From NCBI GenBank assembly GCA_043800255.1, contig JAZDNF010000006.1, positions 1 through 64,000 on the forward strand: 64,000 bases of DNA, written 5' to 3'. Each line of letters opens with the position of its first letter. Position 1 is the first letter of the stretch. Of this stretch, positions 47,432-56,934 are shown piece after piece. The notes beneath the pieces are model-generated. The model did no database searches. It had not been told where the DNA came from and saw only the letters and a list, made by a program, of their open reading frames with translations. The translations under genes were made by a program, and so were the position numbers. The DNA is from Candidatus Altiarchaeota archaeon (GTDB lineage Archaea > Altiarchaeota > Altiarchaeia > IMC4 > SCGC-AAA252-I15).

Positions 47432-49846
47432 TCAGAGGTAAATGCCGCGCAGGGTTCCTGAATCATCCTCCTGCGATATCACGTTGCCTGATTTCAGAGT
47501 GTACAGCACCTTGAGTTCGAAAATGTATGGATGATCAATGCCACCCTTCGGGCACGACAACACGACCGGGAACAGGGCTCCAGACATTATCGGGCCCCTC
47601 GCATAGCCCTGACAGTCTCCGGCAAACTGCACTCCAGAAACGTTCCAGTCCTCCCTGCTCGAGAAGCTGAGCTCGAATGTGCCGTTCCCGTAGGGCATCA
47701 TCGTCGCGAGAACCGGGATTATCTTATCAAAGCCTGATGACCTCAGCGAAACGTCAACGCAGTCGAGGCTCTCGTTCCAGTGGTTCCTGACCTTCCTGAC
47801 GCACTTACTCTCAACACACAGGTTATAGTAGTTGGACCTCACCACCATGTCGTTCACGCACAGGTAGGGGCCGTAGTAGTCCCCCGGGCAGTCCGAATGT
47901 TTCACGCACTCGACTATGCGGCCGCCGGAGTCCCTTAAGGTGACATATACCGTGTCTTCCAGGAACGTGGTATTCTCGTCCAATATCCTGACATTGTATG
48001 CCCCGGTTATGAGGCCGCTTATTTCGCCGCTGAACGGAATCTCAGAGGCGCACAGTATGCAGGTCCCATTGGCAGCCTGCGCCGTTATTCTAACAGTGAG
48101 GTTCTCGTTCTCGGCGTATAACATCGAAGTCAGCGTGTAGCAGGGCATCTCAGCCTCCAACGCCCCGTTAAAGATTATTTTACCGTCTGCCGAGCTTATG
48201 TTCCCCGCCTTTTCCCTGTCGCATTTCCCCAACCCCGGCAGAAACCTCAGCACAGGCTCCTCGGTCAGCACGATTATTGATGTCGTAGTGGTCGATGAAG
48301 TCGACGTAACCGTTGACAGAGTCGATGTGACCGAAGTTGACGTTATAGTCGCCGGCGGCTGGACGCCGTACACTCTAAGCCCAAGGTCATATTCGTAACC
48401 CAAACTGCCGAGGGACATCCACTCGCCTCCCAGGTTGATCCAGCCTCTGCCATACACTGGACGGCCATAGTCTGCGCCAATCCAACTGCCATTGACTTCA
48501 GGCCTGAGGACGATGAAAAAGTCGCCTGAGCGCAGCTCATAAGCCAGGTCAACGTTAGCCCATCCCAAACCAGAGGGAGCAGCAATCACAGGCTTCGCAA
48601 GAGGCACTCCAGGTTTGCCGTCTGCTCCCACGCCGTAGAGGATGACCTCAACCTCTGACGGATTTTCCATGACATGGAATCTAACACCCTTTATGGTGAA
48701 CGGATATCTTGCGGGCGTGAACCTGACGCCCAACATGCCAGAGCCGCCTGAGAAGCCAACCTTGCCCTCGAAGCCGGAGTCGTCGTAGGATAGCTCAACA
48801 GCATCATCCTGAAGGCAGCAGCAGTGTTTCCTGTCGGGGTTGGATGTCGTGCAATCCCAATCCCCCCTTGAATCGCGGACCCACACGCCGTCCGCTATCA
48901 CGCACCCTCCATCAGCATAGCATCTAGATTCGGTGGAACCGTATCTGTCCCTGCATAGTTGGTAGCAATTCTGCTCGTAGACCATTAACGAGGTCAGAAG
49001 AACAGTTGAGGTCGACGTGGATGACGTCGTGGTCGATGATGATGTCGTAGAGGATGACGTCGTGGAAGACGTCGAGGACGTTGACGTCGATGATGTAACA
49101 GGCACTGACGAGGTTGATGTCGTCGAGGATACAACCGTGCTCGAAGACGTTGACGTGCTCGTACTTGAGGATGTCGTAGTGCTTATGCTCGAAGAGCTTG
49201 TAGTGCTGGTTGACGAAGTCGTCGACGTGGTAGTCGACACGTGTACGGTGGTTGTTGTCGGCGGCACAGGCTGCATCCCGACAACCTGGATGCCCAGGTC
49301 ATACTGGTAGCCGATGTCCTTGAGCTGCGCCCAGCTGCCGTTCATGTCAACCCACCCTCTGAGCTCATGGGGAGCATCCTGGTCGCTCCCAAGCCAGCTC
49401 TCGTTGGCTCCCAACTGGGTCATGCCCACGTAGAAGCTCCCGGAAGTTATGACATAAACCAATTCTGCAGTATGCCATCCTCTGCCAGCAGGCTCTGCTG
49501 CGAACGGCCGTATCATGTCGGAGCCTGGCGCCTCATAGTAGCCGTCGTCGTCCATCAGGCGGACTATGAACTGCCGGGGATTGTCTGCGATATGATACCT
49601 GACTTCCTCAATCGTGAACGGATACCTCTGGGGCGTGAACTTAACGGCTAAGGTTGCGTTAGCGGCTGTGAACGCCATCTTGCCTTCGAAGGAGCCGTCA
49701 TCATAGTACAGTCCAACGGTTTCGAGCCCAGAGCCGGCGTCCAACGATGTTGAAGTGCCGGCAGGGACGTTCCCATTCTCAACGCAGCCTGCGATGGAAG
49801 CCAGCGTAAAAACCAGTAAAACGGACAGGAGATTAAACCTCTGCAT
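47432..49846 (-). CDS. Surface lipoprotein with duplicated beta-sandwich domain and Ser/Thr linkers
   Basis: Lipobox SIAGC; two copies of YDDxxFEGK…FTPxRYPFTI…GYxYDLG; Cys-rich modules. Confidence 0.8.
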   Translation of the reverse strand: MQRFNLLSVLLVFTLASIAGCVENGNVPAGTSTSLDAGSGLETVGLYYDDGSFEGKMAFTAANATLAVKFTPQRYPFTIEEVRYHIADNPRQFIVRLMDDDGYYEAPGSDMIRPFAAEPAGRGWHTAELVYVITSGSFYVGMTQLGANESWLGSDQDAPHELRGWVDMNGSWAQLKDIGYQYDLGIQVVGMQPVPPTTTTVHVSTTTSTTSSTSTTSSSSISTTTSSSTSTSTSSSTVVSSTTSTSSVPVTSSTSTSSTSSTTSSSTTSSSTTTSSTSTSTVLLTSLMVYEQNCYQLCRDRYGSTESRCYADGGCVIADGVWVRDSRGDWDCTTSNPDRKHCCCLQDDAVELSYDDSGFEGKVGFSGGSGMLGVRFTPARYPFTIKGVRFHVMENPSEVEVILYGVGADGKPGVPLAKPVIAAPSGLGWANVDLAYELRSGDFFIVLRPEVNGSWIGADYGRPVYGRGWINLGGEWMSLGSLGYEYDLGLRVYGVQPPATITSTSVTSTLSTVTSTSSTTTTSIIVLTEEPVLRFLPGLGKCDREKAGNISSADGKIIFNGALEAEMPCYTLTSMLYAENENLTVRITAQAANGTCILCASEIPFSGEISGLITGAYNVRILDENTTFLEDTVYVTLRDSGGRIVECVKHSDCPGDYYGPYLCVNDMVVRSNYYNLCVESKCVRKVRNHWNESLDCVDVSLRSSGFDKIIPVLATMMPYGNGTFELSFSSREDWNVSGVQFAGDCQGYARGPIMSGALFPVVLSCPKGGIDHPYIFELKVLYTLKSGNVISQEDDSGTLRGIYL

Positions 49847-49873
49847 GTTAGATATTCAGTTTAAAAAGAAAAA

Positions 49874-50308
49874 TCACCATATGTTGAAGAGGGTTATGCC
49901 ATCGACTTTAACGCCTCTGCCGGAGGTGTAGGACAGGACTCCCTTGAGCTTCACGTCCTTTCCTAAGTCTTCATTGTGGAGTTCTGCCGTGAGTTCGCCG
50001 CACTCTTCCGTCGGCGGAGACGGCGGGTTGATGACAGATATCTCGTCAAATGCTGTATAATGCCTGTTCAGTTCGTCGAAGACGTGAACCGTCAGCCGCA
50101 CGTCCCTTATGGCGGCAGGGCCGCCATTGCAGACGTCAGCGGAGCAGATGACATCAGGAGGATGCAGGTAACAGTCGAATTTTTTCATATAAGGCTCGGA
50201 GACCGCGGGCATGTTTGCAGAGTAGGTTCCACGAGAAAAAAGCGCCAGTATTAATATGACAAGAGACAATACTACAACCGCGGGCACAACGTATTTCCTT
50301 GAGTCCAT
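49874..50308 (-). CDS. N-terminally anchored membrane protein (CARDB-like)
   Basis: Hydrophobic N-terminal helix; VCNGGPAAIRDV. Confidence 0.65.
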   Translation of the reverse strand: MDSRKYVVPAVVVLSLVILILALFSRGTYSANMPAVSEPYMKKFDCYLHPPDVICSADVCNGGPAAIRDVRLTVHVFDELNRHYTAFDEISVINPPSPPTEECGELTAELHNEDLGKDVKLKGVLSYTSGRGVKVDGITLFNIW

Positions 50309-50363
50309 GATAGTAAATCGCTATTTTTATTTATTAATGATAATATCAATATCTTATTTCGTT

Positions 50364-50396
50364 TGATGATCCGATGACTTCATGGAGGTGACGTTT
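50364..50396 (+). promoter_or_regulatory. K-turn/box C/D-like motif in the l7ae 5'UTR overlapping the SD sequence
   Basis: TGATGA…CGATGA-CTTC-ATG-GAGG-TGA; the D-like TGA is part of GGAGGTGA. Confidence 0.6.
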
Positions 50397-50756
50397 ATGG
50401 GTTATGTTAAGTTCGAGGCTCCGGCCGACCTTGTTGAGAAGGCGCTTGACGCGCTCGAGGCAGCCAGAGACGGCGGAAAAGTGAGGAAAGGCACCAACGA
50501 GGTGACCAAGGCAGTAGAACGCGGGAACGCCAAGCTTGTTCTGATAGGCAGCGATGTTGAGCCCCCTGAGATCGTCATGCACCTGCCTATGCTGTGCGAC
50601 GAGAAGGAGATACCCTACATCTACGTCAAGAAGGCCGAGATAGGTGATGCCGTCGGCATACACGTGCCAACCGCTGCCGCAGTAATAGTGGAGGAGAGCA
50701 AGAACAAGGACATGCTCTCGGACATTATTGAAAAGCTTAAGGAGATCAGAAAATAA
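50397..50756 (+). CDS. rpl7ae: 50S ribosomal protein eL8 (L7Ae)
   Basis: [30 protein letters not shown]. Confidence 0.98.
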   Translation: MGYVKFEAPADLVEKALDALEAARDGGKVRKGTNEVTKAVERGNAKLVLIGSDVEPPEIVMHLPMLCDEKEIPYIYVKKAEIGDAVGIHVPTAAAVIVEESKNKDMLSDIIEKLKEIRK

Positions 50757-50757
50757 C

Positions 50758-50946
50758 ATGGTAGACGCAGAAGTCGTTAAGATAATCGGCAGGACAGGCA
50801 TCTACGGGGAGGTAATCCAGGTGATGTGCAAGGTCCTCGAAGGGGAGAACACTGGCAGAGTAATCAGGAGAAACGTCAGAACCCCCGTCAAGGAGGGCGA
50901 CATACTGGACCTCAGGGAGACTGAGAGGGAGTCCAAACCGCTGTAA
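50758..50946 (+). CDS. rps28e: 30S ribosomal protein eS28
   Basis: AEVVKIIGRTG…RNVRTPVKEGDILDLRETERE. Confidence 0.97.
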   Translation: MVDAEVVKIIGRTGIYGEVIQVMCKVLEGENTGRVIRRNVRTPVKEGDILDLRETERESKPL

Positions 50947-50947
50947 G

Positions 50948-51322
50948 ATGGAAAAGTGCGAATTTTGCGGTGGCGGAATCCAGCCTGGAACAGGCAGCAT
51001 TTTCGTGACCGTCAAAGGCAAGGCCTATCATTTCTGCTCCAACAAGTGCGAGAAGAACATGCTCAAGCTCAAGAGGAAGCCTAGGAAGACGAAGTGGACT
51101 GCAGAGTACAGGAAGGAGAAGGCCATACGGGTTAAATCACTGAAGGACGCTGAGAGGCCTGCTGAGAAGGCGGTCAAGGAGGAGAAGGCCGAAGACGTTA
51201 AGAAGGAGGAGAAGCCTGCTGAGAAAGCCCATAAGAAGCCTGAGAAGGAAGAGACTAAGACAGACAAGAAGGTCAAAAAGACCAAAACAAAGAAGGCTAA
51301 AAAGGAAGGCAGTAGAAAATGA
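50948..51322 (+). CDS. rpl24e: 50S ribosomal protein eL24 with K/E-rich tail
   Basis: CEFCG…PGTG…FCSNKCEKN…KWT. Confidence 0.97.
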   Translation: MEKCEFCGGGIQPGTGSIFVTVKGKAYHFCSNKCEKNMLKLKRKPRKTKWTAEYRKEKAIRVKSLKDAERPAEKAVKEEKAEDVKKEEKPAEKAHKKPEKEETKTDKKVKKTKTKKAKKEGSRK

Positions 51323-51765
51323 AGACGCTGTTTATCGTAAAACCGTGGGCAGTGCAGAGAGGCCTCGTCGGTGAGATAGTGGCAAGGTTCGAGAGACACG
51401 GCCTCAGGATTTCCGGGCTGAAGGTCGTGTCCGTCACCAAGAAACAGGCTGAGCGCCTCTATTCTGTTCACAAGGGAAAACCATTCTACAAGTCCCTGAT
51501 AGACCACATAACCTCGTCCCCAGTCGTTGTCGGCGTCTTGGACACGGACGTGCTGGACACGGACGCGGCAATCGCCCTCGTGAGGAAGGTTGTCGGCGCG
51601 ACAGACCCTGCCAAAGCCCAGATGGGCACGATAAGGGGCGACTTCGGGATGAGGATAGACCGGAACGTCATACACGCGTCAGACTCAAAAAAATCGGCAG
51701 AATACGAGCTTCCCATATTCTTCAAAAAAAGCGAGCTCGTAACCTACAAGAAGGTGACCTTATAA
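51319..51765 (+). CDS. ndk: Nucleoside diphosphate kinase
   Basis: VKPWAVQRGL, GTIRGDFG, NVIHASDS. Confidence 0.97.
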   Translation: MKTLFIVKPWAVQRGLVGEIVARFERHGLRISGLKVVSVTKKQAERLYSVHKGKPFYKSLIDHITSSPVVVGVLDTDVLDTDAAIALVRKVVGATDPAKAQMGTIRGDFGMRIDRNVIHASDSKKSAEYELPIFFKKSELVTYKKVTL

Positions 51766-51766
51766 G

Positions 51767-52180
51767 ATGACAACAGTCTATGACACACCAGGAGGAAAGC
51801 TGATAAGCAAGGCGGCTGAGGACCTCAAAGGGAAGATAAAAAAGCCGGCTTGGGCTGACTCCGTGAAAACCGGACCGAACAGGATGAGGATGCCTGACAG
51901 CCCCGACTGGTACTACCACAGGACGGCTTCCGTCCTGAGGAAGATATACCTGAAAGGCCCCATCGGCGTCCAGAAGCTCAGGGTCATGTACGGCTCGAAG
52001 AAGAGCAGAGGGCACAAGCCTGAGGAATTCAGGAAATCAGGCGGCAAAGCCATAAGGTCAGTGCTGATAGAATTGGACAAGCTAGGATTCACCGAAAAGT
52101 TCGAGAGAAATGGGAGAAGGATAACGTCCAAGGGCAGGTCGTACCTGGACAAGATGGCATCCAGCCTAAAAAATGGGTGA
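51767..52180 (+). CDS. rps19e: 30S ribosomal protein eS19
   Basis: MTTVYD, PAWADSVKTG, WYYHRTASVLRKIY. Confidence 0.97.
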   Translation: MTTVYDTPGGKLISKAAEDLKGKIKKPAWADSVKTGPNRMRMPDSPDWYYHRTASVLRKIYLKGPIGVQKLRVMYGSKKSRGHKPEEFRKSGGKAIRSVLIELDKLGFTEKFERNGRRITSKGRSYLDKMASSLKNG

Positions 52181-52499
52181 TATTGAGGAGCTGAGGAGAC
52201 GGAGGCTGCAGCAGCTCACGCGGCAGCAGTCTCAGGAGCAGCTTCAACAGGATCTCCAGCAGAGGGAGATGGAGCGGCAGATAAAGCTGATTGTTGACAA
52301 GATTCTGACGCCTCAGGCTAAGGAGCGCCTAGGCAACATAAGAGCAGCCCGCCCGGAGTATGCCCGCCAGATTGAGATACTCATGATACAGCTCGCCCAG
52401 AACGGCAGGCTCCCGAAGCAGATTGACGACATTCAGCTGAAGGAGATCCTGAAGCAGATCTCTGAGAAGAAGCGAGACACGAAAATCTCGTTCAGATGA
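52173..52499 (+). CDS. PDCD5/TFAR19-like DNA-binding protein
   Basis: IEELRRRRLQQL…ILTPQAKERLGNI; conserved position after rps19e. Confidence 0.93.
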   Translation: MGDIEELRRRRLQQLTRQQSQEQLQQDLQQREMERQIKLIVDKILTPQAKERLGNIRAARPEYARQIEILMIQLAQNGRLPKQIDDIQLKEILKQISEKKRDTKISFR

Positions 52500-53098
52500 T
52501 AAAGACCCTCATATTCGACCTGGGAGGTGTCCTCTTTTCCAACGGCACCGGAGCCGCCGTCAAACTGATAAGCGAGGGATACAGTATAGACGAGGATAAG
52601 GTTTCCTCAGTCCTCAGGGGGGAACTTGGCAACAGCTACAGGCGCGGTGAGTTAAACTTCGATGAATTCTGGGAGAAAGCTAAAAGCGCATGGAATTGTG
52701 ACGCCGACCCTGATGAGCTGGCTAGGATATGGGACGGATGCTTCGTAATCAACGACTCTGTTTCTGACATCATAGGCAGATTGAATCGGGAAGGCTATGA
52801 GCTCCTTTACCTGTCCAACAACAGAGTAGGCACCGTCAGCTTCCTGGAAGGCAGGTACGATTTCCTGCGCATGTTCAAAGACGGTGTATTCTCCTTCGAT
52901 GTCGGTTTCATAAAACCTGACCCCCGAATCTACAGGGCGCTGTTGGAGAAGACCTCCAGCAGGCCGGAAGAGTGCGTATTCATAGACGACAAAGCAGAGA
53001 ACCTGAAACCTGCCGAAAAACTGGGGATGAGAACAATACACTTCGGAGAGGATACGGATATCACAGACGAGTTAAACAGACTTGGAGTAGGCCTCTAA
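52496..53098 (+). CDS. HAD-family phosphatase
   Basis: IFDLGGVL, LSN, KPDPRIY, FIDD. Confidence 0.9.
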   Translation: MIKTLIFDLGGVLFSNGTGAAVKLISEGYSIDEDKVSSVLRGELGNSYRRGELNFDEFWEKAKSAWNCDADPDELARIWDGCFVINDSVSDIIGRLNREGYELLYLSNNRVGTVSFLEGRYDFLRMFKDGVFSFDVGFIKPDPRIYRALLEKTSSRPEECVFIDDKAENLKPAEKLGMRTIHFGEDTDITDELNRLGVGL

Positions 53099-53100
53099 GA

Positions 53101-54267
53101 TCAGAGTTCTCCTAATTCTTTGTCGAGCTCTTCTTCCTCAAGCGCGGGCTCTTCAGCAGCCCCTTCCTTTTTCTCAGGCTCCTCGAACTCATAGCCTAGT
53201 TCGCCTAGGAGCTCCTCGCCTTCATCGCCTTTCTTCTTCCATCTCTTAGAAGCCACTATAGCACCACCAAATATGCAGACGCCGAGGATTATCACAGCCC
53301 AGTTGGACCTCGTGAAGGGCCCGATCTTGCCCTTCTGTATTGTCTCAAGCTCCTCGTTGACTGATGCCACTTCCTGAGTCAAGAGCATGTTCTCGCCCTC
53401 CAGAACCTTTATCTGAGCCTTGAACTGGTCGATCTGCTGCTCAAGCCTCAACTTCTCAAGCTTCAGCTCTCCGATGAGTATTTCAACCTCCGGGTTTGAG
53501 ACGTTCTCTGTGGTAGGGATTACGGTTATGCTCAGCCAGTCGACTATGTTGAGGCCGAACTGCAGATTATCGTATTTGTCGATGTACTTGTCTGTGAGCA
53601 TGTCAATGTCAGACAATGTGAAGACGAGGCCGTTCCCGAAGATGGCGGCTCCTGCTATGGGGGGCATGCTCCCAGACGTGAAAGATAATGTGTCAGAGTA
53701 TGTGTCCTGGTCGCCGGTCGCTATGGCGTAGGAGTTTCCGGAGAGCTTCAGGCCGTGTCCCTTGTAGAAGCCCAGCTGAGACACGCCTTGTATCGTAACC
53801 CTGGACGTCGGCACCAGATTGAACCGGTCAACTATGAAATTCTGTATCTGCTCTTCGGGTATGGTATCTGTTGAATCTATGAGTATGCCGTCGTCCATTA
53901 TCATGCCGAATGGGCTCATAATCTGGTTCGCGTTAGCAGGCTCGCCGCCGAGTATGAAGACGCCGCCCCCTTTTGTGAGCACGAACCATAGGACTGCGGA
54001 AAGTTCCTCGGTTTTCAGGGGCTTCCCAGGGTGGATTATCAGGATGTCATATTCCGCCAGCCGGTCCTCTGATAGCTCACCCCGCGTCATCGACGCCATC
54101 TCATACCCCTTGTCAGAGAGGCGGGCGGCAAACTTTGAAAGTCCGCTGCTTATCTTATAGGTTTCGGGCGTGCTTACCTCGTAGAAGAGTATTCTTGCAG
54201 CTGATGAGGATGATGACAGGATAATCGATACAATGATCGTAAAGTGTAAAATATGCCTTATCTTCAC
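53101..54267 (-). CDS. Membrane-anchored GldG/DUF4350 (IFT52-like) domain protein with coiled coil
   Basis: Signal peptide; YDILII…GGGVFILG…FGNGLVFTLSD…DNLQFGLNIVDWL; coiled coil, TM helix, acidic tail. Confidence 0.7.
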   Translation of the reverse strand: MKIRHILHFTIIVSIILSSSSSAARILFYEVSTPETYKISSGLSKFAARLSDKGYEMASMTRGELSEDRLAEYDILIIHPGKPLKTEELSAVLWFVLTKGGGVFILGGEPANANQIMSPFGMIMDDGILIDSTDTIPEEQIQNFIVDRFNLVPTSRVTIQGVSQLGFYKGHGLKLSGNSYAIATGDQDTYSDTLSFTSGSMPPIAGAAIFGNGLVFTLSDIDMLTDKYIDKYDNLQFGLNIVDWLSITVIPTTENVSNPEVEILIGELKLEKLRLEQQIDQFKAQIKVLEGENMLLTQEVASVNEELETIQKGKIGPFTRSNWAVIILGVCIFGGAIVASKRWKKKGDEGEELLGELGYEFEEPEKKEGAAEEPALEEEELDKELGEL

Positions 54268-54312
54268 TTTTTATCCCTTAAATATTGCGGTTGGACAATA
54301 AAAGTCGTATAT

Positions 54313-54397
54313 GGACGCCCAACCATCCGTTCTCAGCCTGCTGAAATTCACAAGAATACACGCTGTCATGGGCAGAGCAGGCCTAGGTAGGACGTCT
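54313..54397. ncRNA. Putative structured RNA element
   Basis: Nested stems GACGCCCAACC/GGTAGGACGTC, GCCTGCT/AGCAGGC, ATTC/GAAT, CTGTC/GGCAG fill the intergenic gap. Confidence 0.3.
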
Positions 54398-55075
54398 TCA
54401 CCCCAGTGACAGCTTCACGTGGCTGATGCTGGGGCCAGCAGGATCTATAACTACGGCATTGCCGTGGGAGAGCATCCCGACATTCAACACCCTCGTCTTC
54501 CCTATGAGGTCATCCTTGCCTGCTGACTCGTGTATGTGAGACGAGACATTAGCTATCGGCTGCTTATCCTCCAGGAATTTCCTCAATGCGGAGGACCCGA
54601 CGTGGGCTCCGCCAGGTATCATATCGCATTTAGTGTCTTTCGGCGGGAAATGCGTTAACACTATCGTCTTACCTGCTTTCGACTTATCCCAGACGCTGTC
54701 AAGCTTCTCCCGTATCTCATTCTCAGACAGCTCGAATGGCGTTCCGAAAGGCGTTGAATTGCTGCCGCCGAGCCCTATGAACCTTATTCCGTCAATCGTG
54801 ACCGCCTTCTCGTGGAAGTTCACCCCGTTTTTTTCGAAGATGTCTATCACAAACTTTTGGTCGCAGTTTCCTGGGAGAGCGTAGACTTTCGCATCCTCTT
54901 TCAGCAGGTCGATGGCGTATTCGACGTCTATCTTGTTCTCTTTGGGGTCCTTGAAGCCGACGCTGTAGTCGCCCAGAAGGAAAACACATCCTATGCCGTC
55001 GTCTACGACGTAGTCTCTGACTTTTATGAGAGTCTTCTGGTCACCGTGAATGTCCGACACGCATATGATTTTCAT
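54398..55075 (-). CDS. Calcineurin-like metallophosphoesterase
   Basis: SDIHG, GDY, PGNCD, THFPP, SHIHE. Confidence 0.92.
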   Translation of the reverse strand: MKIICVSDIHGDQKTLIKVRDYVVDDGIGCVFLLGDYSVGFKDPKENKIDVEYAIDLLKEDAKVYALPGNCDQKFVIDIFEKNGVNFHEKAVTIDGIRFIGLGGSNSTPFGTPFELSENEIREKLDSVWDKSKAGKTIVLTHFPPKDTKCDMIPGGAHVGSSALRKFLEDKQPIANVSSHIHESAGKDDLIGKTRVLNVGMLSHGNAVVIDPAGPSISHVKLSLG

Positions 55076-55109
55076 CGTATTTTACTATTTGATGGAAAAT
55101 TAATAAACC

Positions 55110-55883
55110 ATGGCATCGCTGACTTTCCTCGGGACCGGCGGCGGAAGGTATGTGATACTCTCCCAAAGGAGGCACTCCGGCGGAATCTGGCTCGACCTTG
55201 GTAAAAGAATCATAGTGGACCCAGGGCCCGGGGCCCTAGTGAGGGCTATAGAGGGGGGGAAGGATCCCATGAAACTGGATGCTGTCCTCGTCTCCCACAA
55301 CCACCTAGACCACTACAATGACGCTGAGGTCATGATAGAGGCGATGACGCACGGCCTCAAGAGGAGGAGAGGCTTCTTCGCAGCCCCTGAGAGCGCGCTA
55401 GCGTATATTTCAGAATATCATAGGGAGTCCGCGGACGTGAGAAGCGTCAGAGCCGGCGATGTTTTCGCAGTTGGCGATATTACAGCCGAGGCTCTGCCGA
55501 CGGCAGGCCACGCCGACGGCATCGGCTTCAGGTTCAAGACAGGAGACGTCGACATCGTCTACTCCTCAGACACCGGATTCTCGCAGGAGCTTGCCAGCTC
55601 TTACAGAGGAGCGAAGACCCTGATACTGAACGTCATCTTCCCCTCGGGGAAGCCGATAAAATCCCACCTCAACACCGACTCAGCCATAGAGGTTGTGAAG
55701 ACAGCAAAACCAGAACTGTGCGTCATCACCCACTTCGGCATCACCATGCTCAACGCAGACCCGGAAAAACAGGCAGCCAGGATACAGGCTGAAACAGGCA
55801 TAAAGACCATAGCAGCAACAGACGGGATGACAATAGACTTAGAACACCCCACAGAGGAACAGCACAAACTGGAAGGCTTTTAG
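55110..55883 (+). CDS. Metallo-beta-lactamase-fold hydrolase
   Basis: FLGTGGG, DPGPG, SHNHLDH, SSDT, THFG. Confidence 0.92.
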   Translation: MASLTFLGTGGGRYVILSQRRHSGGIWLDLGKRIIVDPGPGALVRAIEGGKDPMKLDAVLVSHNHLDHYNDAEVMIEAMTHGLKRRRGFFAAPESALAYISEYHRESADVRSVRAGDVFAVGDITAEALPTAGHADGIGFRFKTGDVDIVYSSDTGFSQELASSYRGAKTLILNVIFPSGKPIKSHLNTDSAIEVVKTAKPELCVITHFGITMLNADPEKQAARIQAETGIKTIAATDGMTIDLEHPTEEQHKLEGF

Positions 55884-55908
55884 ACTTCCTCCTTCCTAAT
55901 AGTAACTG

Positions 55909-56925
55909 ATGGTTGAGACCAAGACTTCTGGAAAGTATGAAAGCCTTCGAGATATAAGAGATAGGTTCAGGAATCTGCCAGAACCTAAGACTACCGATCA
56001 GAGGATAAGCAAAGTAGCAGCTGATATCTCTGAGACGTTAGTAAGGGGCCTGGAGGGGAAATCCGGTGAGGAAATCGCCAGAATCCTGAAAGTCTGGGAG
56101 CAGCCGGGGTTCAAGAACTGGATTGGAACCAACCCTGAACTTCTCTTAACCCGTTACCTGGTCGGGGAAAACTGGGAGAAATACTCGCATAATCTGAAGA
56201 ATATTATGACAGGAGTCCAAGGCGGCGTATGGATGATACAAGAGCTTTCAAGTCCGGGCTCAAAGTATGCGGAAAAACAGACTCCAGAGGAGAGGCTGAG
56301 GAGGGTGAACGATACTGCAAACGATGTGATGCAGTTTGTCGGCGATGTTTGGACCGTAGTCCAGTCGATGAACATTGCGATGGCCGCGGGAAAGACAACG
56401 CGCAAAGAGGACGTCAACGTCAATGAGCTCCTGAAGAGGCCTTACAAAGCGTCCATACACTCTGCCCTCATACAGGAGGACCGGCTGGAACCTAGATGGA
56501 AGCTGGATAAGGAACTGCCAAAAATCAGAACAGACCCGACACTCTTAGAGGCTGTGCTGATTAACGTCTTCATGAACTCAGCGCATGCTATGGAGAACAC
56601 GAAAGAGAAGAAGCTTCATATGAAAACCTCCAGGGAGGGAAATTTCGCGAAGATTGAGATCAAAGACTCAGGGTACGGGTTCAACCCTGAAGAGAAGGTC
56701 AACCAAGAGGGCGAACCAGACCCCAGAGGCAAACAGACGAAAAAAGAGTGGATTATGGGACTCTTTAACACCACCAAAGGGCCCAGAGGCACCGGCATGG
56801 GACTGTTTATTTCCAACAGCGTGATAACAACCCTCGGCGGCACATTCGACATAAACAGCGAAGGCAAAGGAAAAGGCGCGACAGTAACGATAAAACTGCC
56901 AGTAACACAGACTACTCGACAGTAA
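55909..56925 (+). CDS. Cytoplasmic histidine kinase without a recognisable sensor
   Basis: SHNLKN H-box, NVFMNSAHA N-box, DSGYG, FNTTKG, GTGMGL, GKGATV. Confidence 0.85.
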   Translation: MVETKTSGKYESLRDIRDRFRNLPEPKTTDQRISKVAADISETLVRGLEGKSGEEIARILKVWEQPGFKNWIGTNPELLLTRYLVGENWEKYSHNLKNIMTGVQGGVWMIQELSSPGSKYAEKQTPEERLRRVNDTANDVMQFVGDVWTVVQSMNIAMAAGKTTRKEDVNVNELLKRPYKASIHSALIQEDRLEPRWKLDKELPKIRTDPTLLEAVLINVFMNSAHAMENTKEKKLHMKTSREGNFAKIEIKDSGYGFNPEEKVNQEGEPDPRGKQTKKEWIMGLFNTTKGPRGTGMGLFISNSVITTLGGTFDINSEGKGKGATVTIKLPVTQTTRQ

Positions 56926-56934
56926 CGCTCTTCG

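Noticed and set aside
49000-49260. GACGTC/GTCGA-rich quasi-repeats
   Set aside because: Explained by Ser/Thr linker codons, not a DNA repeat array
54335-54382. Hammerhead ribozyme, SECIS or TPP riboswitch
   Set aside because: Has GAAA-stem-UA but no CUGANGA core; no in-frame UGA gene adjacent; CUGAGA lacks the rest of the TPP consensus
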